Positions 30,170 to 42,613 of a stretch of 64,000 nt of DNA are shown here, one piece after another. Made by a program: the position numbers and the translations under genes. Every line of letters starts with the position of its first letter. Position 1 is the first letter of the stretch. A model generated the notes under the pieces. It was given only the letters and a program-made list of their open reading frames with translations, was not told the DNA's origin and ran no database searches. Source of the stretch: a virus (lineage: Duplodnaviria; Caudoviricetes); IMG/VR virus record IMGVR_UViG_3300046820_001270, positions 270,493-334,492 of that record, one strand, 5' to 3'.

Positions 30170-32760
30170 TGGAGATATTAAAAAATAACACTAATTTAAA
30201 TGTTGTTATTAATACTGAACAAAATTTTAGGACTGATTTAGGTTGGCAGGAAAACTTTGCAGATTTTGAAAAGGAAGTTTTAGAAGACATTGTTAATCCG
30301 GCAAAGAATTATGAAACAGTTAGATACATTCACAGACCTTATACAAGTACAACTGAATTATTACAATGTGATATTTGGTTTAGTTTTTATTTTATTAGCG
30401 GATCAACATACGTACAAGATTATTATTCGGACAATGTACAAATAACAACAAGAGAGAATGAACTAATGTTGAGACAATCAACAGAAAGTTTCTTTAGATT
30501 AGAATTTTATAAAACACCCGGTACTGTAACTAATGGAGTACTAACATGCGATCCCCCAACAAGACAAAATAGAAGATTTGTTAATAGTAAAAATCTTTCT
30601 TTACCATTAGGTGAAAAGTTTTTTTATGAACCAGAAAATTCAGGTTATTATATTCATTTACCAATTTTTACAGGATCAAATTATAGGAATAAAGAAAATA
30701 TGTATTTGTTTTGGTTTGATGATGAAAGTGTATTAGAAGATAGTAATTTAAGTGGAACAACAACTTTGGATAGATATATTTTTACAAAAAACGTTACAGG
30801 AAACACTTCATTTTTATTTGTTAACGAATTCAATCAAATAATTCAAGTTTTATTAACGGGAAATACACCAACGATATTATCGGGAACAACAGGTCAAACA
30901 TTTGATATTTCAGGTGTTAATTATTATGTGGAAAAAAGAAGTGACGGATCACCGTACTATCACGGAATGAATACATTCTTTATGACCGCAAAATTCTTTA
31001 ATGGTAAAGATGGTAGTATTTTAGATTTTACTAATTCAGGATTTACTACAGGTCATACTGTAAATGAATCTTCGGATATGTACTATCAAGTTGATTTTGA
31101 TAATTATGAAAGAACATATCAAATATACAAATATAGTGGAGGTACAAAAGGAAGTAGAGTTGGAACTAGTAATACAAGTTTAACAAATACAATTGAATTT
31201 TACGAAAAGGGAGGTGCAATTAAAATGACACCATTACCAACCGCAACAACACCTATAGGAACAACACCCACCCCAACACCTACCCCAACACCTACACCGG
31301 CGGCCGTTCAATATTGGTATCATTTAAAAAGATGTGACGCAAATGTGGTTGAATATTCTATTAGATATAATCTTAATACTTTTACAATTGGACAAATAGT
31401 ATATGGTCACGACACACATTATTACTATACTGTAACAGGCAGTACTGCAACAACAAGCACAAATCCAGGTTCGTCAAATATATTAATTGACACTACAACA
31501 TTTACTAGATGTGAAGATACACCATATTATGTACAGACAAGATCTAAAATAACATTGGCGGATATACCATTTTATTCTGGTTTAACATCAACAGATCTTA
31601 TAAATAAAGTTTGTAACAAAACAATTGGCCAAATTACTGAAGGTACTGCAACTTCTTTAGATGTATGGGTAGATGATGATCCATATGTATTTGGTACAAC
31701 ATATACGGCATATTTATCAAGTACAGGAAATACAATATATGTGGGAGGCAACAGACATTATGGAGTAATTGAAAATAATATTATAACTTCAATTTTATTT
31801 ATTTCTAGTAATAATTCAGAAAATAATTTATATGCGTGGAAAGCGTGTGGAGAACCATTTAATGAAGATGACTGTTTTGTTTATGTAAATAACACTGCGT
31901 ATACTTCTTTAGTAGATTATAAAGATTGTTTTACACAAACATGGAATTATTCATTTCCTGTTCCACCATATACTGGAGTTTGTGCGGCGTACGGAACAGT
32001 CACGGTTATAAGTGGTGCGGATTTAATGAAGACAGAAAATAGTTGTGGACCAACACCTACACCAACACCATCTAGTACTCCAACACCAACACCTACACCA
32101 ACACCATCTAGTACTTCCACACCGACACCAACACCTACACCAACAAGTGACGGATCTACATCAACTCCAACACCTACCGCAACACCCACACCAACACCTA
32201 GCCCAACATCTAATTGTGTAACATCTGTACAATTTGAGGTTGATTTGGGAGGTCAAGTTAGATATGTGGATTGTTGTGGTAATACACTATATCCCAATTT
32301 CGGTATTGGACCACAAGTAATAAACGATTGTATTCAAATTGATTCATTATTTAGTACAAGTGCGAGTATTACGGACGTATCTTATGGATCAACGCCTTGT
32401 AGTTGTGTGTCAACCCCAACCTCAACACCAACTAGTACACCAACAGTAACATCATTACCATATACGGTAACAGGAACGTATAATACCCAAGGAACTGTAA
32501 ATGGGGTTGCAAATGGAACTTTAACCGTAAATAGTGGAACTGTTACGGTTACATTTGAAGTGTTTTCAGGAGTATGTTCAGGATGTTCAAATACTGGTTA
32601 TTTAACAGAAGGTGCGAGTTTAACAATAACTTCGACAAATACACAATTTCCAAAAATAGAATCACAATCATTTAGTAAAGGAGTTGGGGTTCATGATTTT
32701 ACAATAACAAGTAGTCCTGATAGCGACAGTCAAAAATATGCTAGATTAACTTTCTCATAA
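30169..32760 (+). CDS. Structural protein with C-terminal Pro-Thr linkers and Cys-rich modules (fibre-like)
   Basis: 863 aa. The N-terminal region is non-repetitive, followed by (TP)n tracts and Cys modules, one of which is duplicated at 46505-46745. Confidence 0.65.
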   Translation: MEILKNNTNLNVVINTEQNFRTDLGWQENFADFEKEVLEDIVNPAKNYETVRYIHRPYTSTTELLQCDIWFSFYFISGSTYVQDYYSDNVQITTRENELMLRQSTESFFRLEFYKTPGTVTNGVLTCDPPTRQNRRFVNSKNLSLPLGEKFFYEPENSGYYIHLPIFTGSNYRNKENMYLFWFDDESVLEDSNLSGTTTLDRYIFTKNVTGNTSFLFVNEFNQIIQVLLTGNTPTILSGTTGQTFDISGVNYYVEKRSDGSPYYHGMNTFFMTAKFFNGKDGSILDFTNSGFTTGHTVNESSDMYYQVDFDNYERTYQIYKYSGGTKGSRVGTSNTSLTNTIEFYEKGGAIKMTPLPTATTPIGTTPTPTPTPTPTPAAVQYWYHLKRCDANVVEYSIRYNLNTFTIGQIVYGHDTHYYYTVTGSTATTSTNPGSSNILIDTTTFTRCEDTPYYVQTRSKITLADIPFYSGLTSTDLINKVCNKTIGQITEGTATSLDVWVDDDPYVFGTTYTAYLSSTGNTIYVGGNRHYGVIENNIITSILFISSNNSENNLYAWKACGEPFNEDDCFVYVNNTAYTSLVDYKDCFTQTWNYSFPVPPYTGVCAAYGTVTVISGADLMKTENSCGPTPTPTPSSTPTPTPTPTPSSTSTPTPTPTPTSDGSTSTPTPTATPTPTPSPTSNCVTSVQFEVDLGGQVRYVDCCGNTLYPNFGIGPQVINDCIQIDSLFSTSASITDVSYGSTPCSCVSTPTSTPTSTPTVTSLPYTVTGTYNTQGTVNGVANGTLTVNSGTVTVTFEVFSGVCSGCSNTGYLTEGASLTITSTNTQFPKIESQSFSKGVGVHDFTITSSPDSDSQKYARLTFS
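32206..32443 (+). repeat. Dispersed direct repeat, copy 1 (about 240 bp); copy 2 is at 46505-46745
   Basis: Long identical blocks, e.g. aatttcggtattggaccacaagtaataaacgattgtattcaaa and tatcttatggatcaacgccttgtagttgtgtgtcaaccccaacctcaacaccaactagtacaccaa. Confidence 0.95.
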
Positions 32761-32763
32761 TAT

Positions 32764-34146
32764 ATGAAAAGAAACGAATATAAAATATTAAAAAGAGAAA
32801 TACCTGATGTGAATTTACATTCACTTACAGGACAATATTGGTTTGAATATAGTAATCAATGGTTATCTTGGGTTACAGGATCACTTCGTATTCCTGGTAT
32901 GACACCTGAAACAGGTAGTTTAGTACACGATATTAGATGGTATTCAGGTATAACATATAATTTAGATGATACGTTATTTTATAGTGGTAAAACATATATT
33001 TCATTAAAAGATAGTAATTTAAATCATATTCCATCTGACGTAAGTAGTTCATATTGGAATGAAATTGAACAAAGAGCAATAAACAATACACAAGGAAAAT
33101 ATTATAAATGGAATGGTAATTCGTGGGTTCTATATACAGGTCCTTTAGGATATGATTACGTTATACCAATTGCTCTTGAGGCAGACGCCGATGAAATGGG
33201 AGTGTTTTCTTCTTTTGATGGTTTTATTGAACAGGTGGAACAAATTGTAAATTTTTCTTATAAACAAAGTGAATCTACAATTACAGTATATGGTACAATG
33301 AATCCTGATAAATTAAGAAAAATAGTAGATCAGAGTTTTACAATTAATTGGGGAGACGGAACTACAGGTTCTTTAGGTGTTAATAGTGGAGTTCTTTATA
33401 GTAATTTTCCATCTACAACACATACATATACCACAAGTGGACAACATTTAATAACAATAACGTTAGACTCCCCTTGGTCAAAACAAAAAACACAAAAAAT
33501 AGTTACCACACCCCAGAATATTACGGTATCAAATCCAATGGGAACATTTACAGGATTTACAATCCCAAGTGACGGATCTAATTTAAATTATTTAAATGAT
33601 TATGAATACGCCACAGGTTATACTGCAACACCGTCAAAACCATTTAAATTCATGGCCATCGGTCAAAGTAAAATTGGTGATTTTAAAAGATATGGTGAAA
33701 CTGTACCCCGCGGAGTTGATTCAGGTTCATTAACTGACGGAACAAAGTATACAGGTTATACCGTAAATGGGTTATATTATATGGACAGAGAAGACGGTTT
33801 CACACAAATAACGGGAAGTGTATCGAATTATAGATTCGGACCAACAAGTGGTTATACATATGAAATTAGTGGAGATACTATTAATACCATACCGTATTTA
33901 ACTACAAGTGGAAATACAACTGAATTTGAAACCGAATATGATGTGATAAACTACATCACTCAACATAGATTAACAAGAAACGAACATTTCATTGGGTTTA
34001 TCGATGATCCAACCGTTTATTCTGACGTTTTTGTGGAGAGAGGCCGACAGGGAGTGATGGAAGTTAACTTAAGATTGGGGGAAATTGACAATATGAGTGA
34101 ATTAGATATCTACGGAAATGGATATTTTAAGGTAAGAAAACAATAA
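32764..34146 (+). CDS. Structural protein with CBM5/12-like and PKD-like domains
   Basis: YNLDDTLFYSGKTYISLKDSNLNHIPSDVSSSYW is CBM5/12-like. FTINWGDG...THTYTTSGQHLITITL is PKD-like. Confidence 0.6.
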   Translation: MKRNEYKILKREIPDVNLHSLTGQYWFEYSNQWLSWVTGSLRIPGMTPETGSLVHDIRWYSGITYNLDDTLFYSGKTYISLKDSNLNHIPSDVSSSYWNEIEQRAINNTQGKYYKWNGNSWVLYTGPLGYDYVIPIALEADADEMGVFSSFDGFIEQVEQIVNFSYKQSESTITVYGTMNPDKLRKIVDQSFTINWGDGTTGSLGVNSGVLYSNFPSTTHTYTTSGQHLITITLDSPWSKQKTQKIVTTPQNITVSNPMGTFTGFTIPSDGSNLNYLNDYEYATGYTATPSKPFKFMAIGQSKIGDFKRYGETVPRGVDSGSLTDGTKYTGYTVNGLYYMDREDGFTQITGSVSNYRFGPTSGYTYEISGDTINTIPYLTTSGNTTEFETEYDVINYITQHRLTRNEHFIGFIDDPTVYSDVFVERGRQGVMEVNLRLGEIDNMSELDIYGNGYFKVRKQ

Positions 34147-34170
34147 AAATTATATTTATAATAAAAGTTT

Positions 34171-35091
34171 ATGGCAGTAGGATCATACGGAATAGTTAGA
34201 CCAGCAGATGTATCACCAGATGACGTAGAAATTCTATATCATTATGCGGCCGATAGAGTCGCAACAACGGGAGTTACACTAAAAAAATTAACATCAAATC
34301 AGGTTTTAACACCAATTTTACATACGGGAACAACAACTACAGATACGGCAGCAGTTGGAACTGAGATATTGGGAGGTTTATATAATTTACAATTAAACGC
34401 TACTGATTTTAGTGAATTAGGTATATATACACTTTATATAAGACCAAAACAATTAAGAACAACCGTTATGGATTGTGGTGTTTTAGCATCGTTACCATCA
34501 GTTAGAGGAGTTGTTGTGGATTTATCAAACGTTCCATCTGCCGATAGAAATAAGTTTACACCACAAGGTTTAGTTGGTTATAGAATTGAATATATTAATC
34601 CAAATGATAATAAGAAATTACCTAACTTTTATAAGATAGTAACGTCTTCTTTCTTTTGTACTCCTGTAACGGCAAACTTAAATACAACAACACAAAAATC
34701 TGTAAGATACCAATATAGTGAAGGAGCTACAAACTTTATGTTTTTAACGGTAACACCGTCTTCAGCACCTTCAAACAAACCAAATACGGTTCCATTTATT
34801 GGTAGTCCAGGTCAAAAGATCATTTTATCAAACACATATGTTAATCCAACAACAATTGAGATTGATATGGTTGAACATGATGCATCGACACTTGCAAATG
34901 CTCTTTACGGTAATCAAACTAAGGCGGTTGCACCGGGTATATACACAATCTACGATAAAGAAAATAACATATACAGACAATATAATTTATTCGAGATCAA
35001 AGACGACTTTAATGAAACTCTTTATGAGGTTAGAGAAAAGCGTACTGATATTGATGAAACTTTAAACTTTGACACAATTACTAATATCTAA
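34171..35091 (+). CDS. Structural protein (baseplate region)
   Basis: 306 aa, preceded by TATTTATA and coupled (TAATG) to the 2274-aa wedge-like gene. Confidence 0.6.
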   Translation: MAVGSYGIVRPADVSPDDVEILYHYAADRVATTGVTLKKLTSNQVLTPILHTGTTTTDTAAVGTEILGGLYNLQLNATDFSELGIYTLYIRPKQLRTTVMDCGVLASLPSVRGVVVDLSNVPSADRNKFTPQGLVGYRIEYINPNDNKKLPNFYKIVTSSFFCTPVTANLNTTTQKSVRYQYSEGATNFMFLTVTPSSAPSNKPNTVPFIGSPGQKIILSNTYVNPTTIEIDMVEHDASTLANALYGNQTKAVAPGIYTIYDKENNIYRQYNLFEIKDDFNETLYEVREKRTDIDETLNFDTITNI

Positions 35092-38000
35092 TGGCAAAAT
35101 ATAAAGTTCCGAGTCAAGCTGCGAGTGGTGCTGATACATTCAGTGATAATCTAGTTGGTAATCAGATTACCAATGGTACCAGTCAATTGACTAATACTAA
35201 CTTTGCATTAGATAGTGAAGTAACATATAGGGACACCAAAAATTTTAAAACAAATCCATTTTCAGATTTTTTAACTTTAGATGATTTAAAAAAAGAAACT
35301 GACACATTATCTACAGATGAGATTGCAAAAAGAAAAAAAGAAATTAAGTTTAAAGGTTCTAAAAGCGATGCAGGTAAATCTTTATTTGGTTCATTAAAAA
35401 ATAGATTAGGAATCTCTACAAAAAATATTATTACAAATTTCCCCGCGGGAGTTTTAATCGATTCAAAAAGTTATACTAGTGTAAGTGGATTTACGGCAAC
35501 AAACATAGAATATAATAAGTTAAACAACACAACACAATTTGATGTTGAATATGGTATGTTATATAATCCATTTGGTGTTATAATGATAAAACCAAATAGT
35601 AAAGATGTAATTAAGTCCACCAACCCAATAAGAGATTATTATAGTTCATTTAAAAAATATGTAATATCACTAAGTAATGTATCATATGATATTATATCAT
35701 ATACACAACCAAATAGTGATAATATAATTAAATTAAGAGTAAGTGGTAAACCGTTTACCGAATCTACATATTCATTAGATATTTTAATTAAACCAAACGA
35801 TGGAGTTGTTGAAGAATTCTATAATGGATTAGATGATTTAGAAGAATCATTATTAAATAGAGAAACCTCACCAATCTATACTGCGAGTTTTAAAGTACCG
35901 AGAGATAGTTTTGATAAAAGTAAAACAGAATTAATATCGGTTAATTATACTTGGCCAACTTCGGATAAAGATAATTGGAATATTAAAATTGCGGGATTGG
36001 AATACGATACGTATTTAACTAATTTAAGTAATATTGCAGATGAGATTGATGATTATAAGTCTAATTTATTTGTAAGATTTTTAACATCACCCCAATTATT
36101 TGAATTCGATAGCCCTGATCAAAAGGCGGAAGCCATATTTCAATTATATGGTCAATCATTTGATAAGGTAAAAAAATATATTGATAACATCGCTCACATG
36201 AGAAATGTAAGTTACGATGGAATTAATAACATACCCGATGTATTGTTAAAGAATTTAGCCAACACATTGGGTCTTGACACGGTTAATTTAATTGATGAAA
36301 AAGGATTAGACGAATTATTATATACAAAAACATCACAACAATATTCTGGTTTAACTTCAGGTAAGTCATTAATTGATGCTGAATTTGAATTCTATAGAAG
36401 ATTATTAGTAAACTTAGCTCACATCTATAAATCAAAAGGTACTAGACAATCATTAGAATTTTTCTTAAGATTCTTAGGTGCACCTGACCCAATGATTAAA
36501 ATAAATCAGTATGTTTATAAGGTTACCTCATTACCAAAAACAACTAATTTATATAATTCTATTTATAATGCCGTTGCCGGTATAATAACAATGAAAACTG
36601 GTGTGTTCTTACCAACAGGAGGAACTATAGATGGAGTTGTTTATCCATATTACTCATATTATACGGGATCAACAACAGGTAGTACGTTATTAACTATGGA
36701 TAATTATCCAGTTGATTTAACAACTTTATTACCAAAAGGAATTACAGGATCAACAGATTATTTTTTTCAAAAAGGTTCAGGTTGGTATGATAATACCACT
36801 AATCACAAATCACCAATGGTGATTGATACTGATTTATCTAGTGGTACTACAATAGACGGTAATTTTGTATTAACAGGTAGAACAAAAACTGCGGTAACTA
36901 AAAATAGTGTTCGCACATACGGAGAAGATTATTTTGATGTATATAGAACATTACCTGGTTTAGATTTAGGATTTGGTTTAGAAAGTGTAATAGATAATAA
37001 TCAAACAGAATTAGTAAGTGATACATCGGGTTTAATATTAAACCGTAAAAATATTCAAGTTTACTTATCATCAGCTCAGGCTATTGATTATGACATATAT
37101 CGTAAATCAAGAGATTTAGAATTAACATTTGGTACTAATAGTTTATTACCACAAACAGGTGTAACATTTGCGGAATATGTAAACAAAGTTTTACATGATC
37201 AAGTTAAGAATTCACACACGATAAAATATAAGAAAAATTATATTACCTTAGAAGACATTTATCGTGACTACATTACACATACCGATTTTACACCATACAC
37301 ATTTCCTGATGTGAATACATTCATTGAAAAAATGAGTCCGTATTGGACTAGCGTCGTAGATCAAATTATCCCATCGACAACATTATGGACAGGTGGTAAT
37401 CTTATTGAAAATAATATTTTTGCTAGACCAAAGTATCAATATAAATTTGGGTGTCAACCAAAAGAATTTACTGAAGAACTATATCCAAATTTTGAATTGG
37501 CAATTGAAGAGGATTTAGAAACACTATTAGGTGAAGAAAATAATTTAAGAGGATTAATTGATTTAACGGGTATGACTTACTATCCCGTTATTGAAATTGA
37601 TGGAACAACATACGGAGGTAATACTTACCAAGGAGGTATTCATAAAATTGTTATTAGTGGAAATACAAACACATCTAATACTGCAAAATTATATAACACA
37701 TGGACTTTAACAGGATGTACTTCAAACGTTAGTTTCCCATTAATATGTGACTATAAAGATTATGTAAAACCTGACATTGTTAAAATTAAAGAGTTATGGA
37801 AAAGTTCATTAACAAACTTAATTAATTCAATTAATACAGGAACAACAATATACTCTGCGGGTTATGAAAATTATACACCATATTTAAACGCAACGAGTGG
37901 TACCACTCGATCAACACAAACAAGACCAAAATTAAATTATACATATTTTACGGATATTGACGGAATTGAAAAAATTAAATTTACCTCATTAAAATACGGA

Positions 38001-41000
38001 GCACACGATTGTTCAGTTAATGAATATTTTTCATATAGATTCTATTCAATACCAAACGTTAAATCAACCTCATATTTAGATATTGATTTTTCAGTTAAGT
38101 GTGATGTATTCGACGAGAACACAGAATTATGTGAATTAGTGGGAGATGTTATTGTAAAAATAACAGGGGCAACAAACATAGGAGTACAAAAAAATGGAAT
38201 AACAGGATATCCTGTATTTGTTCATTATAATTGTGAAACATTACAACAAAATTTAAATAACCCAAGTATTGTTATTAAACCGACAAACGAAGATGTTTGT
38301 ACTTTAATTATTACAGGTGTCACTGAAGTTGATGATATTGATTTAATTTTTACGGATGCGGCAAATAGTGAAATGAAAGTTAAGGTACAAGGATTACAAG
38401 TCAAAGCAATACATGATCCTTTAGTAAGAAGTCATTTCCAAGAGTTTAGTGTGTCATCATATAAAGATGTTGAAACAACATCAGTCTTAATAGACACTCA
38501 ATATGGTGTAACCTTTTGTGATAACTACACAGGATGGACAATCACACCAAAAATACAAACAAGAAGTTCATTTAACTATGGATTAAAAGATAATACAACA
38601 GTATTAGTGTATAGTGGTGCAACAAAAATTAAAAAATTAGTAAGTAATTTATCTGTTGGAGATGAATTAGTTTGTTTAACATACAACTCACCCGAATCAT
38701 TCTCATATCAAACATATTTGGACGGTAAGAATAATAATGATTACTCATTTACATATACTGAAGTTTCAAAAAAGATTACAGATATCGACTGTTTAGGTTC
38801 TGTTAAAAAAAGTGTCATTGTTGCAAGACCATCTAATGGAAATTCAAATGGAACTAATGACGAAACTTTTGAAGTATTACCAACTACAAGATTAAGAATA
38901 TTCACAAATAAAGATGTGAATGAAAATACTTTAGAAGTTTCCGAACTTAAAAGTCATCAATTTGTTAATAGATTACCTGAACATATTCAAGTAAAATCAA
39001 ATGAATATATTGAACCATGTTGTGATCATAAACCAGATCCATATTTAACAGGTGATTATATAATTAATCAAGACGGTGAGTTATTGGAAGTTATTAGTGT
39101 TGATTTAAATTATTGTGATTTAAGTTTATATAGAAATATTAATGTAAGCGGAACAACACCATCAGATTTAATTTTATTTAACGGTACAAATAGTACACAA
39201 ATTTTATTACAACATAAGTATCAACAATTTATTGAAGTTGATTTTGAACAACAACAATATTATACGGATTCTGAAAACTGTCCAACAACACCGACAATTG
39301 CAAGTTTAGAAAGAAATTATGGTGTAGTTTGTGATAGTACACCAATAGTCCCTTGTGGAACAGTTTATACAATACCAACTCCATTACCATCACCAACACC
39401 TACTTCAACAGTTACACCAACCGCAACACCTACTCCTACAACGAGCCCAACACCTACACCTACACCAACTAGTACACCAACTCCAACTGGAACACCAACT
39501 CCTACACCGACACCTACACCGACAGGTTCTAGTACACCAACTCCTACACCAACAGGAACCCCAACTCCAACACCTAGTTCAACTCCAATTTGTGGATTTG
39601 GTGTGGACGTGAATATTATTACAGCAACACCTACACCAACACCTAGTTCAACTCCAATTTGTGGATTTGATGTAGATATTAATGTAATTACCGCAACACC
39701 AACACCTACACCATCAGGAACACCTAGTTGTTTATTTGATGTTGATGTGAACATATTAACAGCAACCCCTACCCCTACACCTAGCCCAACAACTGATTGT
39801 AGTTTTGGTGTTGATGTGAACATATTAACAGCAACCCCTACCCCTACACCTAGCCCAACTCCAACACCAACTAGTACACTTAATTGTGTATTTGATGTTG
39901 ATACAATTATAATAACAGCAACCCCAACACCAACACCTAGTCCAACTAGTACACCTATAGTGCCAACGGCAACACCTAATTGTGCGTTCGATGTTGATGT
40001 GAACATAATAACCGCCACACCAACTCCTACACCAACACCAACTAGTACACCTATAATACCAACACCAACTAGTACACTTATAGTACCAACAGCAACACCT
40101 AATTGTGCGTTCGATGTCGAAGTAGATATTATTTCTGCAACACCGATACCTACTAGCACCTCAATAGTACCAACCGCAACCCCAACTAGTACACCAATAG
40201 TACCAACTGCAACACCAACATCAACTAGTACTTCAACACCTACCCCGACACCAACTCCTACACCAACTAGTACATCTATACCACCAACCGCAACACCTAA
40301 CTGTGTGTTCGATGTTGATGTGAACATTGTTACCGCAACTCCAACTCCAACTAGTACACCTATACCACCTACCCCAACATCAACACCGACACCAACACCG
40401 ACACCAACACCAACACCAACACCAACTAGTACGCCAACCCCAACACCGACTAGTACACCTGTACCACCAACACCAACATCAACACCTGTACCACCAACAC
40501 CAACATCAACACCAACATTCCCTGATTGTGTAACGAGAGTTACCTTTGATGTCGATAGTCCTGGTGATGTTAGTTACGTAGATTGTTGTGGAGTTGGAAA
40601 AGTTGTTACTTTTGGTGGAACAGGTTTGGAAGTAATAATTGATTGTATACAATACGGAACATTAATAGGAGCGGGAGCACTTATATCATTTGTTGTTTAT
40701 AGTAATACATCTTGTAGTTGCCCACCAACTCCAACACCAACCCCAACTCCTACACCAACACCAACTAGTACACCTATACCACCAACTAGTACACCAACTA
40801 GTACGCCGGTATTATATTCACATAGTTTAGGTTTTGTACAAGGAGCATTTGAAGATCGTTATGGTCCGGCGGCATGTTCAGATTACGTATTTAGTCCAAC
40901 AACATATTATTCTAATTGTTCGACGTTGTCAAATGGTTGTTATTTATATTCAAATAATTCAGGATCACCAGTAAGTCAATCAGGTTGGTTCTCCAACGGT

Positions 41001-41915
41001 AGTTCCTATTGGGTATTAGATGGACCGGGTTTACCAATAAGAGCACAAGCACCTTGTCCAACAACGACCCCAACTAGTACACCTATACCACCTACCCCAA
41101 CATCAACACCGGTACCACCAACATCAACACCAACACCTATACCACCGACTAGTACTCCAATACCACCAACGCCTGTACCAGCAACTTCATTTACGGCATA
41201 TATTAGTGTAGATGATGGATCAGGATCAGGAGCCAACGCATGTAATGGGGGAAATTTCAGTTCATATTTTGCATATCAATTTAATGGATTTTATGGAACA
41301 ATGTGTGATGCTAATAGTTATATTGAAGGTGCTATTATTCAAGCAGAAATTGATCCAAACGGGTATTTTTGGTTAAGTGAAGGATCAGGACAATCAAGAT
41401 ACTTTAGAAAATACGGTTCAACAAATAGAGCATATCCACAAGAGGGTTGTGTAAACTGTCCAACACCGGTACCACCAACATCAACACCAGTACCACCAAC
41501 ATCGACACCTGTACCACCAACATCAACACCGGTACCTGATCCAACATCAACACCGGTACCTGATCCAACATCAACACCGGTACCTGATCCAACATCAACA
41601 CCGGTACCAGCACCAACACCAACACCTGGAACATCATATACATATCGATTAGGACCATCATACACATTGGCAAGCCAAGCATGTACAAATTTCGGTATGG
41701 ATTTGTATACTGAAGTCTTCGCAGCAACGAATGAAATAACTGAGGTACAACAATTCTTCACAGATTCTGGTCTAACAGCATTATATTTAGGAGAGAATGA
41801 AACTCACGCATTTCAATTAATGGATGGAGCTTTTCCAATTGGTATCTCATATTCAGGAAGAATTTCATACACAGGACAGGTATCGGATAGAACATTCTGT
41901 GCGGAACAACCTTAA
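35091..41915 (+). CDS. Baseplate wedge-like protein (gp7/P2 gpI-like N-terminus) fused to a degenerate Hint domain and a long PT-rich Cys-module fibre
   Basis: [22 protein letters not shown] is the KGT motif of gpI/gp7-like wedges. Hint-like region at 38577-39185. The last ~850 aa are PT repeats with Cys modules. Confidence 0.65.
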   Translation: MAKYKVPSQAASGADTFSDNLVGNQITNGTSQLTNTNFALDSEVTYRDTKNFKTNPFSDFLTLDDLKKETDTLSTDEIAKRKKEIKFKGSKSDAGKSLFGSLKNRLGISTKNIITNFPAGVLIDSKSYTSVSGFTATNIEYNKLNNTTQFDVEYGMLYNPFGVIMIKPNSKDVIKSTNPIRDYYSSFKKYVISLSNVSYDIISYTQPNSDNIIKLRVSGKPFTESTYSLDILIKPNDGVVEEFYNGLDDLEESLLNRETSPIYTASFKVPRDSFDKSKTELISVNYTWPTSDKDNWNIKIAGLEYDTYLTNLSNIADEIDDYKSNLFVRFLTSPQLFEFDSPDQKAEAIFQLYGQSFDKVKKYIDNIAHMRNVSYDGINNIPDVLLKNLANTLGLDTVNLIDEKGLDELLYTKTSQQYSGLTSGKSLIDAEFEFYRRLLVNLAHIYKSKGTRQSLEFFLRFLGAPDPMIKINQYVYKVTSLPKTTNLYNSIYNAVAGIITMKTGVFLPTGGTIDGVVYPYYSYYTGSTTGSTLLTMDNYPVDLTTLLPKGITGSTDYFFQKGSGWYDNTTNHKSPMVIDTDLSSGTTIDGNFVLTGRTKTAVTKNSVRTYGEDYFDVYRTLPGLDLGFGLESVIDNNQTELVSDTSGLILNRKNIQVYLSSAQAIDYDIYRKSRDLELTFGTNSLLPQTGVTFAEYVNKVLHDQVKNSHTIKYKKNYITLEDIYRDYITHTDFTPYTFPDVNTFIEKMSPYWTSVVDQIIPSTTLWTGGNLIENNIFARPKYQYKFGCQPKEFTEELYPNFELAIEEDLETLLGEENNLRGLIDLTGMTYYPVIEIDGTTYGGNTYQGGIHKIVISGNTNTSNTAKLYNTWTLTGCTSNVSFPLICDYKDYVKPDIVKIKELWKSSLTNLINSINTGTTIYSAGYENYTPYLNATSGTTRSTQTRPKLNYTYFTDIDGIEKIKFTSLKYGAHDCSVNEYFSYRFYSIPNVKSTSYLDIDFSVKCDVFDENTELCELVGDVIVKITGATNIGVQKNGITGYPVFVHYNCETLQQNLNNPSIVIKPTNEDVCTLIITGVTEVDDIDLIFTDAANSEMKVKVQGLQVKAIHDPLVRSHFQEFSVSSYKDVETTSVLIDTQYGVTFCDNYTGWTITPKIQTRSSFNYGLKDNTTVLVYSGATKIKKLVSNLSVGDELVCLTYNSPESFSYQTYLDGKNNNDYSFTYTEVSKKITDIDCLGSVKKSVIVARPSNGNSNGTNDETFEVLPTTRLRIFTNKDVNENTLEVSELKSHQFVNRLPEHIQVKSNEYIEPCCDHKPDPYLTGDYIINQDGELLEVISVDLNYCDLSLYRNINVSGTTPSDLILFNGTNSTQILLQHKYQQFIEVDFEQQQYYTDSENCPTTPTIASLERNYGVVCDSTPIVPCGTVYTIPTPLPSPTPTSTVTPTATPTPTTSPTPTPTPTSTPTPTGTPTPTPTPTPTGSSTPTPTPTGTPTPTPSSTPICGFGVDVNIITATPTPTPSSTPICGFDVDINVITATPTPTPSGTPSCLFDVDVNILTATPTPTPSPTTDCSFGVDVNILTATPTPTPSPTPTPTSTLNCVFDVDTIIITATPTPTPSPTSTPIVPTATPNCAFDVDVNIITATPTPTPTPTSTPIIPTPTSTLIVPTATPNCAFDVEVDIISATPIPTSTSIVPTATPTSTPIVPTATPTSTSTSTPTPTPTPTPTSTSIPPTATPNCVFDVDVNIVTATPTPTSTPIPPTPTSTPTPTPTPTPTPTPTSTPTPTPTSTPVPPTPTSTPVPPTPTSTPTFPDCVTRVTFDVDSPGDVSYVDCCGVGKVVTFGGTGLEVIIDCIQYGTLIGAGALISFVVYSNTSCSCPPTPTPTPTPTPTPTSTPIPPTSTPTSTPVLYSHSLGFVQGAFEDRYGPAACSDYVFSPTTYYSNCSTLSNGCYLYSNNSGSPVSQSGWFSNGSSYWVLDGPGLPIRAQAPCPTTTPTSTPIPPTPTSTPVPPTSTPTPIPPTSTPIPPTPVPATSFTAYISVDDGSGSGANACNGGNFSSYFAYQFNGFYGTMCDANSYIEGAIIQAEIDPNGYFWLSEGSGQSRYFRKYGSTNRAYPQEGCVNCPTPVPPTSTPVPPTSTPVPPTSTPVPDPTSTPVPDPTSTPVPDPTSTPVPAPTPTPGTSYTYRLGPSYTLASQACTNFGMDLYTEVFAATNEITEVQQFFTDSGLTALYLGENETHAFQLMDGAFPIGISYSGRISYTGQVSDRTFCAEQP
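39591..40337 (+). repeat. Eight copies of C-x-F-[DG]-V-[DE]-x-x-I-x-[TS]-A-T-P separated by PT tracts
   Basis: [112 protein letters not shown]. Confidence 0.9.
41517..41588 (+). repeat. Three exact 24-bp tandem repeats (PTSTPVPD)
   Basis: ccaacatcaacaccggtacctgat x3, flanked by further degenerate copies. Confidence 0.9.
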
Positions 41916-41964
41916 TAAAAAATAAAACAAAATAAACAGATATTTATAAAAAGAAACAAATAAT

Positions 41965-42528
41965 ATGACAATAACATTTACATTAACATCTGGATCATCA
42001 ACAACATCTGCAGGTCCATTTAACATTTCAGGAACAACAAACGGAGGTGCATTAAATGGTGTATCAATAGCGACAGGAGTAACCAAAGCACAATTATTAG
42101 CGGGACATATAGTAACAAATGTTACACCTGAAAACATAACAGGTGGAACAATTGCAAGTACAGGAATTGCTTGTCCTTCATCAACAACAAATTGGTACGT
42201 TACACCACCACCAACACCAACAGCAACTGCTGGTGTAGTAACATCATATTCATATCAATTAGGACCATCACACACAAATGCAACTTTAGCTTGTAGTGGT
42301 ATTAATGGTGGTCAGGGAGAGATTGCAGATTTCTTAACCGAAGTATATGCTGCGACAGATCAACCAGGTGATGTGACACAATTCTTTACCGATGCTGGTT
42401 TAACAAGTGGTTACGGTGGAGAGAGTGAAATTCACGGATATTTCAGAACTGGAGGTCTTCAAGATTATACAGGACGAGTTTCACCAAGTGGTTTTGTAAC
42501 AGAAAGAAATCCTTGTATTGCTCCATAA
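41965..42528 (+). CDS. Small fibre or decoration-like protein: an Ig-like N-terminus plus a Cys module paralogous to the C-terminus of 35091..41915
   Basis: SYSYQLGPSHT...AC...TEVYAATD...QFFTDAGLT vs [11 protein letters not shown]...AC...TEVFAATN...QFFTDSGLT. Preceded by TATTTATA and followed by a terminator. Confidence 0.65.
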   Translation: MTITFTLTSGSSTTSAGPFNISGTTNGGALNGVSIATGVTKAQLLAGHIVTNVTPENITGGTIASTGIACPSSTTNWYVTPPPTPTATAGVVTSYSYQLGPSHTNATLACSGINGGQGEIADFLTEVYAATDQPGDVTQFFTDAGLTSGYGGESEIHGYFRTGGLQDYTGRVSPSGFVTERNPCIAP

Positions 42529-42552
42529 AATTAAAAAATACATAACAATATT

Positions 42553-42580
42553 AAAACCCCTTTATTATGAGGGGTTTTTT
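42553..42580 (+). terminator. Rho-independent terminator
   Basis: aaaacccct-ttattatg-aggggtttt followed by further Ts. Confidence 0.85.
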
Positions 42581-42613
42581 ATTTAAATTCCATATAATAC
42601 TATTTATAGAGAT

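Noticed and set aside
39365-40327. 320-aa minus-strand ORF rich in VGVG (also 31947-32189, 41339-41761, 45290-45484, 46300-46599)
   Set aside because: These are antisense shadows of Pro-Thr codons (ACA/CCA read as TGT/TGG/GGT/GTT), which lack stops on the reverse strand. They have no independent start signals.
39355-40533. His/Gln/Leu-rich alternative-frame ORFs in PT tracts (also 13348-13545 and 46287-46520)
   Set aside because: These are frame-shifted readings of CCA/ACA repeats lying inside long genes.
39380-41630. Possible CRISPR array or mini-array
   Set aside because: The repeats are in-frame coding units of variable length with no constant repeat plus unique spacer structure, and no cas operon is present. 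The Cas4-like nuclease sits in a replication context.
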